Shown: one piece after another, positions 1 through 11,654 of the stretch
How the letters are laid out: every line of letters starts with the position of its first letter
How positions within the stretch are numbered: the first letter of the stretch is position 1
Assembly (NCBI GenBank): GCA_964016885.1
Contig: OZ024744.1
Span: 79,918,001 to 79,982,000 of the forward strand
Reading direction: 5' to 3'
From: Eledone cirrhosa
Lineage: Eukaryota
DNA: 64,000 nt
Notes under the pieces: generated by a model
What the model was told of the DNA's origin: nothing
What the model saw: only the letters and a program-made list of their open reading frames with translations
Database searches by the model: none
Position numbers and translations under genes: made by a program

Positions 1-660
1 GCCCAAAAAGAGTGGTTCATGCAGCGAGTGTTGCTGGTTGTTCTCCAGGGCAATGGCCTTTCACATTTTGTCCATAGTGCACAGCTGAGATATACTTACT
101 GCCCTGACTGGGATTGTAGAGTCCACTGCTCCCTCCCCTATCCCTACACTTTCACTGTTTAATGTTATTTTTATTACTCTTTTTCATTATTCCTTTTTAA
201 ATATGCAGACGTTCAAAATAAATTTCCTATTAAAACAACTGTAGAAACTCAAAGGTTAAAAAAAAAATTCTTGAAATTATCTCCCTTGTTTATTGAGCAG
301 TCACAAATAATTGCTACAAGTTTTTTTGGGATACATTATATTCTCTAAGAAGGAAATTTCAATTGAGAATGTTTTATGCATGCATTCAGTATAACTCCCA
401 TTAAATTGTTTTCTATTTTGTTACTATATTTCTCATGATAATTAAAGATGCAGCCTATAATTTTTTATATCAATTCGAAAATAATGAAGAATTTGAAATT
501 ATCTAGTAATTATATATAACTAGCTTACTCATTAAGTTAGTGTTTGGAAAGTAACAAAGGTTCTTACATAGAATTATGACAGAAGGTTTTAGAGAAATAT
601 GATCACGTTAAAATATGCAGTTTTGTATCATAGAACCAAGGATGGTTTCTGGCAGTTTGG

Positions 661-1135
661 TATCATCATCCTCATCATACGTCTGCTTTTCCCTGCTTAC
701 AAGGGTTGGACGGGTGCTGTTCAGCACAGCATCTCTCCATTTGGCAGTCCCGCGTCATCTCCTCTGTGAGCTTTAGTCAGCACTCACCACTTTTGCACAT
801 GTTTTCGTGGTCTTCCTTCCACTAGGATTTCTTGGCACTTCTTCACCCAGCAGTCATCTTCTATGTGCATCACATGTCCATACCAACACAGTCTTCTCTC
901 CCGTATACTACAACTTATCCCTCTTATACAAGGTTTCTCTCTCAACTCATCTATGCTTGGTCGTTCACTCACATTGATATGGCACATCTATCAGAGCATC
1001 CTTGCTTCATTTCTCTCCAGCCTTCACACACCCTCTGCAGTTGCTGCCCATATCTCACTACCATGCAACATCACGCATCTCACACAGGCATCATATAACC
1101 AACCTTTCATTTGTAGGGAGAAACCCTTCGTTATC
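661..1135 (-). mobile_element. RTE-clade LINE 3' fragment (subfamily 2)
   Basis: ORF 784-987 (ELREK..IRGI.CSIRERRLCWYGHVMH..DDCWVKKC) is the RTE RT C-terminus; ends in a (GAT)n tail at ~661-680 homologous to the 42530 copy. Confidence 0.85.
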
Positions 1136-1689
1136 ATATGGGTTAAATTATTTACTTCATATTTAACTTCACAAGGATGATAGCTGTCTAGCAATAATGT
1201 TTAATACTAATGCCCCCCTCACATAGAATGTATAGAACTCTATAGAACCAGGAGTTATTAGAAGCAACAGTAATCCAGTGATAGTAGAACACAGAAGGAA
1301 AATGCTGAAGGCTATTTAGAGCAATACTACGTTTCCCCTCAATGTGCAGCTTTCCATATACTTGCCAGAAGTGTAGGGCTCAGTTACATTACTGGGCCTC
1401 TTGCTGGAAGAAGGAAGCTCAGTGACCTCATGTTAGCGGAAGGACTAGTAGTGTTGCCTACCTTTTTTTATCAGTTTTGACTATCTTGTTGAGCTGAAGT
1501 GTCTGTGGTTTGAGCTCAAGTATATGTTCTAAGTTGTGGTATGTGGTAAGTAGGTAGGGCTTTTCTCCTGGATATATCCCATCTGGACAAGGTCAACAAT
1601 AGGAGAGGACCAGTGAGCTAGGTGAGGTTACACATTTCCATTACTACACCTGATGTTCCCCCCTCCATACACATGCATACTCTGAAAAC

Positions 1690-2150
1690 CTTGCTTCCCT
1701 GGGTATGGATATATTAAAGCTCTGATGCCTGGCAATTGACTTGGTAGATGCCCACAAGATTATTAACCATCTTTCCAACAACAACCCTGAGCATCTTTTT
1801 GAATTCCATATGTCTAACACCCGTGGACATGCTTACAAAGTCAGAAAACAGTACAGCTCCCATGACTTTCGGAAACATTTTTTCATGGTCAGAGTTACTG
1901 AAGCATGGAACAAACTACCTGCATCAGTTGTTAGCTGTTGGAACACTGCATCCTTCAAAAATATCTATGCCTCCTGAAATTCGCTAACACTAAACCTGAT
2001 ATTCTGCCTCCGTACACACGCATGCAACTATCTGTGTGTATATCATGACTCATATACTGTTCACTTTCCTGACATTTGTACATTATTTTATGTACTAAAC
2101 ATACACCTTTGATAAGATGTAGTGCACCTGAGCACTGTACACAATAATTT
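1690..2150 (+). mobile_element. CR1-group LINE 3' fragment with 3' UTR
   Basis: ORF 1741-1977 has NTRGH.YK...RKHFF..RV...WNKLP, the typical CR1 ORF2 C-terminus; terminal 33 nt shared with a SINE tail at 28493. Confidence 0.8.
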
Positions 2151-2454
2151 TCAAATGTTATACTTTATGTGAACTCTTGTGATCATTAAAGAAAGCATTA
2201 CTGTTATGATTATTATCATTATTATGATTAAAACACATTTAATTTCAGTAAATTCAAAGACAGTCTTAGTATAAATGTATTAGTGGTGACTATAAAAAAA
2301 AATGTTTAGTGTTTTTATGTTGAGTATGTGTGAGTGTATAAATAACAATGTCTTCACTGTTTTACGTTTACAAATATTTTCCATGTCTTCATGGGTTAGA
2401 TGAGTTGTAACACTCTGAAGCAAGACAGGGCATGTCAGATGACTGTGCCTCATT

Positions 2455-5400
2455 CATCATCATCATCGTTTAACGTCCATATTCCACGCTTGCATGGGTT
2501 TGGACAGGAGTTTTCCCACTTGAGGCAAGAGTGGTTGTTTTGCTCGCATAGGACTGTCTGGCGGGTTTTCTACGGCTGGATGCCCTTCCTAATACCAACC
2601 ACGTTTACAGTGTGGACTGGGAGCTTTTTACCGTGTTACCTACACGGCCACATTACAGCGTGGACTGTGTGTTTTTTTGTCATGACACCTACACAACCTC
2701 ATTTGTTTCGGACTGGATGTTGTGGTACCAACATAACTTTACATTGAAAGGGGTGGTGTGGATGGGGTGGGGGTAATGGGACGGGGGTGTATTTTGTTAG
2801 AGATGCCTACTGACTGTAGTAGGTTTTACTTTGTATTTAGGTAAGGGAGGTCTTCTCTATTACTGAGTAGCGCCAAAGATCTCAGTCCAGTGACATTGTC
2901 TTGGAGAGGTGTAAGTGTGTGAGGTCGGAATTTATCAAGTCGTCCCAGGTTTTTCTGGGTCTGCCTACTCCGTGGCTACCATCTATTTTTATTGCCCTGC
3001 ACTTTTTTATACAGCTGTCGTCTTTCATGCGCATCACGTGACCATACCAACGTAGTCTTCTCTCGAGTAAACAACATCTGATCCCTCTTATTTCTAATTT
3101 TCCCTTAGTTCGTTTATGCTTTCCCATTTACGTATATTACTATTACACATCCACCGGAGCATGCAAGCTTCGTTCCTCTCCAGTCTGCGTATATCCTCTG
3201 CACACAATGCCCAGGTCTCACTGCCATGTAACATTGCTGTTCGTATGCAGGCATCATACAGCCTGCCTTTCATTTTTAGGGAGAACCCTTTAGCGGCTAA
3301 TAGTGGTATAAACTCTCTGAACTTTTTCCATCCATTTCTGACTCTAGCTACTGTACTTTCAGAGCACCCTCCCCCACTGCTGATTTTGTCACCCAGGTAA
3401 CGGAAGGTGTCCACTATTTCTATAGAACCATCTGTGCAATGGAATGAGCTAGTATTCTGTGGGCACTTGCTGCTACTTATTTCACCAGAGCACCGGCCAC
3501 ATGTAAAATCTATGTTCTTAGTTAGCTGACCTGTGATCCCACTACATCTTTTATGCACCCATACTTTGCATTTGGGACATAAAATGGAGTTTCTACCTAC
3601 TCCTTTCTTACACACTGAGCATGGCCATTTCCCGGATGGGACCGGCACCCTATTTTCCTTCCTACAAACTAGAACTTTAGTCTTAGCCAGGTTAATTTTA
3701 AGGCCTTTTGATTCCATGTTTGGAATTTCTTCTCTAGTTCGGCCATTGATTCAGCTATGAGCGTTAGATCATCTGCGTATAGGAGTTCCCACGGGCAGCC
3801 GGTCTTGAACTCTACTGTTATAGCCTGAAGGGCGATAATAAATAGTAGGGGGGCTAAGAACAGCGCCCTGATGAACACCAACTTTTACGCTAAACTCTTC
3901 ACTATATTCGTTGTTAATTCTAACCTTGCTGACTGTTTCTTTATGCATGGCTTGCATAGCTCTTACAAGCCATTCATCAACACCTAGTTTTCTAAGAGCC
4001 CACCAGATAATGGAACAGGGGACTCTGTCGAAGGCTTTCTCCAAGTTGACAAAAGCTAAGCATAGGGGTTTACTTTTAGCTAGGTACTTCTCCTGTAGTT
4101 GTTGTACAATGAAAAGAGCGTCTGTGGTACTTTTGCCTGACACAAACCTGAACTGCATTTCATCTAGATCAATTCTCTCTCTGATTAGTTGCGCTATAAC
4201 TTTTTCTGTGACCTTCATGACCTGGTCGATTAATTTAATGCCTCTATAGTTACTCCTATCTAGGGCATCTCCTTTACCCTTGTAGCAGTTAATGATGATG
4301 CTGCTATGCCAGTCCTTCGGAACAACCCCATTCTGTATGACTTGGTTTACTATCCGGGTGACCATGGTGTATCCAACCGTTCCAAAAGCTTTCAGCATTT
4401 CAGCAACTATTTCCGAAGGCCCAGCCGCCTTACCCGTCTTCATATCTTTGATTGCCTTACTTATTATACTACCTTTGACTAACACTGCTGGTCCCTCTAT
4501 TGGGTCGATGTGGGGGAGACTGTCTTTCTCCCATTTATTCTCCTCATTTAGTAGCCTTTCGTAGTGACACTTCCAAGCTACCTTCTTATCAGCGTCAGTG
4601 ATGGCAAGTACACCATCATCATTAAGTACACACTTCTCCCCGACAATATCACGGTTTTCCTTGACACATTGCCTAGCAATCCTGAACACCTCGCGTTGTA
4701 GAACATGCTTGAACTTTCTTTCCTCTGCTTCCCTTCTTGCGAAGTACACTTGTCTCCTAGCTTCCCTTCTTGCGAAGTACACTTGTCTCCTAGCTTCCCT
4801 CCTGGCCACTTGATTTCGTCTGCCGCCATCAGCAGGTTTGCTTTCAGGAATTCCCACTGTTCCTCTATATTGTACGACTCTAAATGCTCTTCCTTACTGT
4901 CAAAAGCATCAAGTAATATGCTTTTAAATTTATTTCTGGCTGTGGGGTCCTTTAGCTTCCATATTTTTCTCCTGAGGATAGCCCTCTTCTGCTATCTAGT
5001 ACGTCTCGTCCTGACTACGAGGTCGCTAATTATCAGTCTATGTTGGGAGGTGCATTCTTCATGGGGGAGGGATTTAGTGTTTACAACAGACACTCTGTCA
5101 CGTTTTCTGGTAAGGATATAATCTACCTGGCTAGTATGTTCCCCTGATCTGTAGGTGATCAAGTGATTGTCTCGTTTTTTAAGTTAGTGTTACAGATAGT
5201 TAGGTTATTTGCATCACAGAATTCCAGGATTCTGGAGCCTTCCTCATTTCTAGTATCAAACCCATAGCCTCCGTGGATTCCGTCATAGCCGTCACAATGT
5301 TGTCCAACGTGACCATTTAGGTCGCCAGCAATAATTATATAGTCAGTCGGTTATTTGGGAGGTAGTGAGCATCAGTGTCTCATAGAATCTGTCTTTTATA

Positions 5401-6310
5401 GTGCCAGGCAGTCCGTATTGGGGTACGTAGATATTACTGTCACAGTAGTTCTATTTAGAACAAGTCTTATTTTAATTATTCTGTCATTCACTCTATTTAC
5501 ATCTATTATCTTATCCACCCATTTTTCTGCTAACATGATTCCTACCCACCCAGCCCATTGTCATTTCCCACCCAGAAAAGCTTATAGCATCGTTTTTTAC
5601 CCACAATGAATCTAGCAGACCCGCCCCTCCACCTGGTCTCTTGGATACAGCTAACATCAACCTCCTTACGTTCAAACATTTCTACAACCTCGTTAGAGCG
5701 GCCTTTTAAGGTGCCTACATTCATGGTACCAACGCTGAAGTTTTGGATTGTGTTTGGTGGGTGGGGCGCAGGGAGGGGTGGGGGGGATAGGGTTGGGGTT
5801 ATATTGGCCATCCGCGGCCGCAACAAAGAGGAGGGGGCCTTGCCCTTTCATCCGGCAGCATGAGGTGAATTTGTCGTTATCTTTGGCATTGTCATCGAGT
5901 GTCCAGATTCTTCAGACTCTCCAGAAATTCCTTAGTCCATCCATCATATCGAAAAGCAACCAAAAGTGATAGCATAGGCCGTTGACTTGTGATTGGTCCA
6001 AATAGTAAAGGTGGAGAGTGGGGGCAGGAGGGAGGGGTATGGGGTAGTTAGCAAAGAGAAGATTATTTAGAACAGTGAGACAGAATTATAGAATAGCAAT
6101 TATGAAGTAGGATTTGGATTCTGGGCGATTATAGATATATGGATGAATGAACTGAAGGGTGGGGAGACAAGAAGAAAATGTTATTTATACATTACATTTC
6201 GTAGAAGTTGTAGAAGTCGACTGACCATTAATAAGAGTTGACAAATTCTGAGTTTTGTCCCTCGTAACAGGCTTATTTATATTTGGTGCAAGTAGGGAGT
6301 GAGAGAGAGA
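2455..6310 (-). mobile_element. Near full-length, frameshifted RTE-clade LINE (subfamily 1): APE endonuclease + RT + Cys-rich region
   Basis: APE motifs GTMNVGTLKG and IQETRWRG (5542-5826); RT motifs GKAAGPSEI, KGKGDALDRSNYRGI, LEKAFDRV, LLYADD (3669-4857); CSVC..CPKCKVWVHKRC (3094-3717); RRLRWYGHV; 3' UTR and (GAT)n tail at ~2455; several frameshifts, so not intact; 5' boundary approximate. Confidence 0.92.
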
Positions 6311-6449
6311 CCATATTCCATTTTAGCATGGTTTCTATAGCTGGATGCTCTTCCTAACTCCAAGGACTTCACAGCACCTACTGTGGCAACACATACAAAA
6401 TAAAAAGGACAAAGGAAAATATATATATATATAAAAAAAATATCCATAC

Positions 6450-7269
6450 CTTTTACTTTTTTTATTTTATCTTCTATCATCTGATTATCACTAGAACATT
6501 CCAGAGTTGAAGTGCTGCTAGCAACAGAATTACAGGAATCTCGTCTACCCTTTAAATTATTTGTCAGTTTGTTTGATGCTTTTAAAGGTATTTTCTGTTT
6601 TGTTGTAGTACTTGCTGTTGCAGAAAACAGTTTACTTTTTACTTTACTATAGTCAGGTTGAGGTATATGGGTTACTTTTGGAATTTCTTTGGCAGGTTTC
6701 ACTTCCTTTACAACCGGTACTTTTTGTTGCACATATGATCCGATTGTGCTTTTCACATCTGCTTTCGTCTTCAGTTTGATGCTGTCTTTGTTATTTTCAA
6801 TCTTATTCATAATTGAATCCCACTTGCTTTTAGGTCGTTCCCTTTTAACTTTTGATATCTCAGGCGGTGTTACTGCTTTTGGTATATCAGGCTTACGTTC
6901 AACAGATCTACTACTAAAGCTTTCCCTTGTTCGAGTTGCTTTTACTTTGTTTGCAGCATTTTTTGTAGATTTTTCTGTGGAGTTGGCCCTCTTTTCTATG
7001 GAGCCGGCCCTTTTTTCTGTGGAGCCTGCCCTCTTTTCTGTGGAGCCTGCCCTCTTTTCTATGGAGCCTGCCCTCTTTTCTGTGGAGCCAGCTCTACTTC
7101 CTACTCGATTCACCTCTTTGGCAGAAGATACTTTTACTGTGCCATCACCCTCAATGTCATTTCTTTCGACGGTCTCAACTTCCTTGCCACCTTCTGATAG
7201 ATTAAATTCCTTTTCTTTGTTTTCGGCAACATCGTCATCTCCATTAAGTTGGCTCTCTTCAATTTTAAC
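6450..7269 (-). CDS. Internal coding exon (820 bp) of host gene; Lys/Ser/Glu-rich, probably a microtubule-associated protein
   Basis: Minus-strand acceptor tttttttctacag|GTTAAA at 7270/7269 and donor AAAG|gtatgg at 6450/6449; open frame VKIEESQLNG...DKIKKVK with non-TE composition; motifs DVKSTIGS and PQPDYSKVKSKLFS; product family is an inference. Confidence 0.85.
6987..7095 (-). repeat. Coding 21-bp tandem repeat (EKRAGS[T/I], about 5 copies)
   Basis: ggagcctgccctcttttct(a/g)t repeated in frame inside the exon. Confidence 0.9.
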
Positions 7270-7479
7270 CTGTAGAAAAAAATTCAAAAGTAATTAGAAA
7301 AGGAAAAGGAAAACCAAAAACAAAAAAAACAAAAATTTGTTTTTGATTCATTAAAGGATGAAAAGAAAATGAGATTATTGCATATTCAGATAAATCAACT
7401 TAACAGAGCCCATGCCTGTCTAATATGTGTGTGAGTGTGTGTGTATGATTTTGCTAGATGGCACTAGGCATCATATCTT

Positions 7480-7620
7480 TCTAATTTCTTATTCTTTCTT
7501 CTGATGAAGGATTAGCGTCCAAAACGTTAAGACCCTCCTCCTGCCATTTCAAGAGTTAAACTAATATATTCCTTCCATATACTGTACCGATTGTGTTGTT
7601 ATTTCTGTTTACCTTTTACA
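7480..7620 (+). mobile_element. Short Penelope-like element remnant with degenerate minimal hammerhead
   Basis: tctt-CTGATGA-a-gga..tcc-(A)AAA-cg-TT-aaga at 7497-7532; homologous ~140-bp copy at 34165-34303. Confidence 0.6.
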
Positions 7621-7997
7621 TTATATATAAGCAAACAGTAATTGGATGCTTTTAGCTAGGTTCACATCAGTTTCAGAAAACTTGCAAAAATAAAAAATAA
7701 ATAAATAACCATGGATGCTGCTTTTCCTCTCCCCAGCACACACACATATATAAACACATGTATCCCTTCTTTGACAGTTGATGCACTTGGCATACCTTTG
7801 TAATTCACTGAAAGGCATAACTTGTCCTGTTTTTGTTACATCCCAATGTGAACTTGAATAGTATCAACCTTAATGCACTGAAAACTGTTGATTTCCAGAG
7901 GTTGACTAAGGAGATGGGCCCATCCGTTTTTCCATTGTCTTTGTCCTGTGTGCCCCCACCCTCTCTTATGACTTAACCATGCAAGCTTTATTTGAAG

Positions 7998-8024
<27 letters not shown>

Positions 8025-8028
<4 letters not shown>

Positions 8029-8360
8029 AAACGTTTGTATTTGTAAAGCCAAAACAATGCAGGTATGGTCATAGAATAAAGAATGTAAATGCAAAAGATA
8101 TTGTTGACAATTAGTCTTTTACCTTAGATTTATTTAAATGTCCTTAATTTTCGAGATAATATCTCGACTTGGCAAGCTATTTAGAACACTGGTTTAACCG
8201 CTTTACTTCCCTCCGAAGAGGAGATATTATCTCGAAAATTAAGGACATTTAAATAAATCTAAGGTAAAAGAATAATTGTCAACAATATCTTTTGCATTTG
8301 CATTCTTTATTCTATGTCCATACCTGCATTGTCTTGGCTTTACAAATACAAACGTTTATA
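8025..8360. repeat. Long inverted repeat (~137-bp arms, ~55-bp spacer) beside a (TA)n tract; Penelope-like inverted pLTR
   Basis: aaacgtttgtatttgtaaagcc...gagataatatctc is the near-perfect reverse complement of gagatattatctc...ggctttacaaatacaaacgttt. Confidence 0.85.
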
Positions 8361-8820
8361 CCTCATTACACAATGCTTCAAGTGAACTATAACTTCCTCC
8401 TTATATATATATATATATATAATTTTATATACACATTTATACACAGGAATATACATTTTATATACATACACACACACACAATTTGTTTTCATTGCTGAAA
8501 CTTTGAAATGACCTTTCCTTTAGAAATAAATTTTACACTCTATACATACATATTGAATGCTCTTTTATTTAATGTTCGAATGTTTTATGTATCATTACAC
8601 ATAAAGCACACTCCCACACAGACACACAAGCCCAGCCAATTCTGTTTGTCAAAATTACTACAGATAACGTTTTACTGGATAAGCCAAACATAATTATCTC
8701 CCCTCATACTACATGTAACTGCCTTTCCAACACGTTCTTGCTCTAGCTTTCCAATCAGCAACTGCCACTGCTAAATTTGGTCACCTAGCTACAGTAGTTG
8801 TCGACTATTTCTAGGGAGCC

Positions 8821-9935
8821 CTCATCATCATCGTTTAATGTCTATCTTCCACACTAACATGGCTTTAGACTGTTTGAGGCAAGATTGGTTGGGTGACCAT
8901 GTCTCACTCGAATAGGACTATCTGGCAGGTTTTCTACGGTTGGATGCCCTTCCTAACACCAACCACGTTTACAGTGTGGAACTGGGAGGTTTTTACCGTG
9001 TTACCTACATGGCCACATTACAGTGTGGACTGTGTGTTTTATTTTTGTCGTGAAACCTACATGACTTTATTTATTTTGGAGTGGGTGTTGTGGTACCAAC
9101 ATAACTTTACAGAGAAAGGGTGGTGTTGGTGGGAGTGGGAGGATGGAGTAGGAGTAGTGGGTTGGGGTGTATTTTGGTTAAGAGGTGCCTACTGACTGTA
9201 GCGCCAAAGTTCTCGGGCCAGTGACATTGTCTTAGAGAGGTGCAAGTGTGTAAGGTCGGAATTTATCAAGTTGTCCCAGGTTTTTCTGGGTCTACCTGCT
9301 CTGTAACTACCATCAATTTTGATCGCCCTGCACTTTTTTTTATACAACTGTCGTCTTTCATGTGCATCACGTGACCATATCAACGTAGTCTTCTCTCGAG
9401 TAAACAACATCTGATCCCTCTTATTCCTAATTTCTCACTTAGTTCATTTATGCTTTGCCGTTTGCCATCTGTGTATTTAATAGAGCATGTTACATTTGTG
9501 TTCTTACTGCCCCTTGTGTATCTACCACAATTGAAGTTTATATTCTTCATTAGCCTACCTAAGATCCCATATCTCTTGTGTACCCATAGTTTATATTTAG
9601 TACACTGTATGGAATTCCTACAAACTTCTTTTCTACATATAGTGCATGGCCATTTTCCTGGTGGGATCAGTGTTCTGTCTTCTTTTCTGCTTAATAGTCT
9701 TAGCAAATTTCACCCTAAGGCTTTTCAATTCCAGGTTTTGCTTCCATGATTAAAATGTTTTCTCTAATTCTGCCATGATTCAGATATGAGAACTAAGTTA
9801 TCTCTACAGAGGTATTCTCTACAGGCAGCCAGCCACAAACTCCTCCGTTATAGCCTGGAGGGCTATAATAAACAGAGTGAGCTGGGTACTGAGCATCGGT
9901 AGACCCTTACTTGCATGCTAAATACCATACAGTAT
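8821..9935 (-). mobile_element. Degenerate RTE LINE 3' fragment(s)
   Basis: ORFs 9189-9706 (GKWPCTIC, KLWVHKR, RAIKIDGS..GRPRKTW); 3' UTR and (GAT)n tail as in subfamily 1. Confidence 0.85.
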
Positions 9936-9941
9936 TCATTA

Positions 9942-10130
9942 TTGGATTGGCAGTATCGGTAGAGGGTTGGACACCATGCTTTGCAGCAAAGAGTTATGGC
10001 CCTTTATGGTCTGAGTTCAAATCCTGCCGAGGTTAACTTTGCCTTTCATCCTTACAGGGTCAATAAAATAAAGTACCAGTAATACACTGGAATAATTGCT
10101 GGCCTTGTGCCAAAAGTAGAAACAATTATT
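9942..10130 (+). mobile_element. tRNA-derived SINE family A (representative copy)
   Basis: ttggcagtatcggtagag...gagttcaaatcc (A/B-box-like) then gcctttcatccttac.gggtc.ataaaataaagtaccagt...gccttgtgccaaaagtagaaacaattatt; more than 12 copies in the window. Confidence 0.85.
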
Positions 10131-10669
10131 AACTCTAACTTTGCTAACTGCAACTTTATACATGATCTTTATGCCTCTCAAAAGTCATTCATTTACCCTT
10201 AGTTTTTAAAGAACCCATCAGATTATGGAGCAAAGTACCCTGTCAAAAGCTTTTTCTCTGTTAATGAATACCAAGCAGAGAGGCGGCTGTCTCACAAGAA
10301 TTAGAGCAATCTTGGTACTAAACTGAACTGCATTTCATCCAGGTTGATTCTAACTATTCAGAGCCATTGTCTGCGGGAATGCTTTTGCGATCTTGTCTGC
10401 AGGGCACAGCCCCATTACCATGGCGCACTAGGCCCAGAGCTCAATCACCCTCCCCCTCCTCATTCTTCTGTGACACTAGAGTCCTCGCCATTCCATCCCT
10501 TTTCTAGTCTTTTTTTTTCTTTTTTCTCTATATTTTCCTATTTTACATTCCATTTTTTTTTTTTTCTGTTAAACTATATTTACATCATATCTTCCATAAA
10601 TATATAAAAATTGACTAAAAAAAAAATAAAAAGTACTCAGTTGTGTTATAACTCTTTCAGTAAATTTCA

Positions 10670-11650
10670 TGACCTGATCCATCAACTTGAAACCTTTGCA
10701 GTTTCCTCTGCCCAGTGCCTCTCCCTTGCTCTTGCAGCAGTTAACAATGATGTTGCTACACCAGTCACTGGGTATGACTCCATCTTGTAAAATATGATTT
10801 ACTATCTGTGTGACTAGTATATGGTCTGCTATATTTTCAACATTTCTACTATTCCTGATGGTCCAGCTGCTTTGCTTCCCTTCCTAATTGCCTTATCAAC
10901 CATACTGCTACTAACCTGGTTGGCTGGTCCCTCTGTTAGGTCTACATAATAGTGTAGCCCCTCTTCCACCTTCCATGCACTTTCCTCATTCAACAATCTC
11001 TCATAATGTCACTTTCCAAGGTTCTTTGTTTTCAGTATTGGTGAGGGCAAGTGTGCCAAGCCACTGTCATTTTGAATGTGCTTCTCCCTAACAGTGTCTT
11101 GATATTCCCTAGCACACTGCCTTGCAATCTGGAACACCTCGCGCCTTTGGTCCTCATGGCATAAAACATATGCAAACTTCTTACATTCTGCTTCATCTCT
11201 GGCTGAGTATACCTAATGCCTACTAATCTACCATCGTGTTACTCCCAATCTTCCTGGAACCTTGCACCAGCCACAAATTTTGTCAGTAGCTTTCAGCATG
11301 TTGTCTTGCAGGAATCACCAATTTTCTTCTATGCTATAAGTCCCTCTTCCTTACTGTAATAAACATCAAGTAGCTCTTCCCTGAATCTGTCCTCAGTTAA
11401 GGGCTCTTTCAGCTTCCATGTCTCTCCATCAAATTATCTGTGTCTATGAATTCATCTGGTTCTAGATTTAACGTCACTAACAACTTAGATATGTTTGGTG
11501 GTACATTATCACCTGGTACTGACTTTGTATTTACAATCATCATTCTGTCCAGAATACAGTCTATCTGGCTAATGAGGTTACCTGATTGATCAGTGATCAA
11601 ATGACTGCCAGGTTTTTCAGAAGTTAGTGTTGGAGATATTCAGGTTAGTA
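10670..11650 (-). mobile_element. Old, decayed RTE LINE fragment (endonuclease-RT linker region)
   Basis: Nucleotide similarity to 4300-5200 (ggtccctct, cactgccttgcaatctggaacacctcgcg, gtgatcaaatgact). Confidence 0.7.
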
Positions 11651-11654
11651 ATCT

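Noticed and set aside
6277-6449. C-terminal extension of ORF 6277-7287
   Set aside because: Read-through past the gtatgg donor into intronic TA/SINE sequence
6689-7297. 202-aa plus-strand ORF
   Set aside because: Antisense shadow of the real exon
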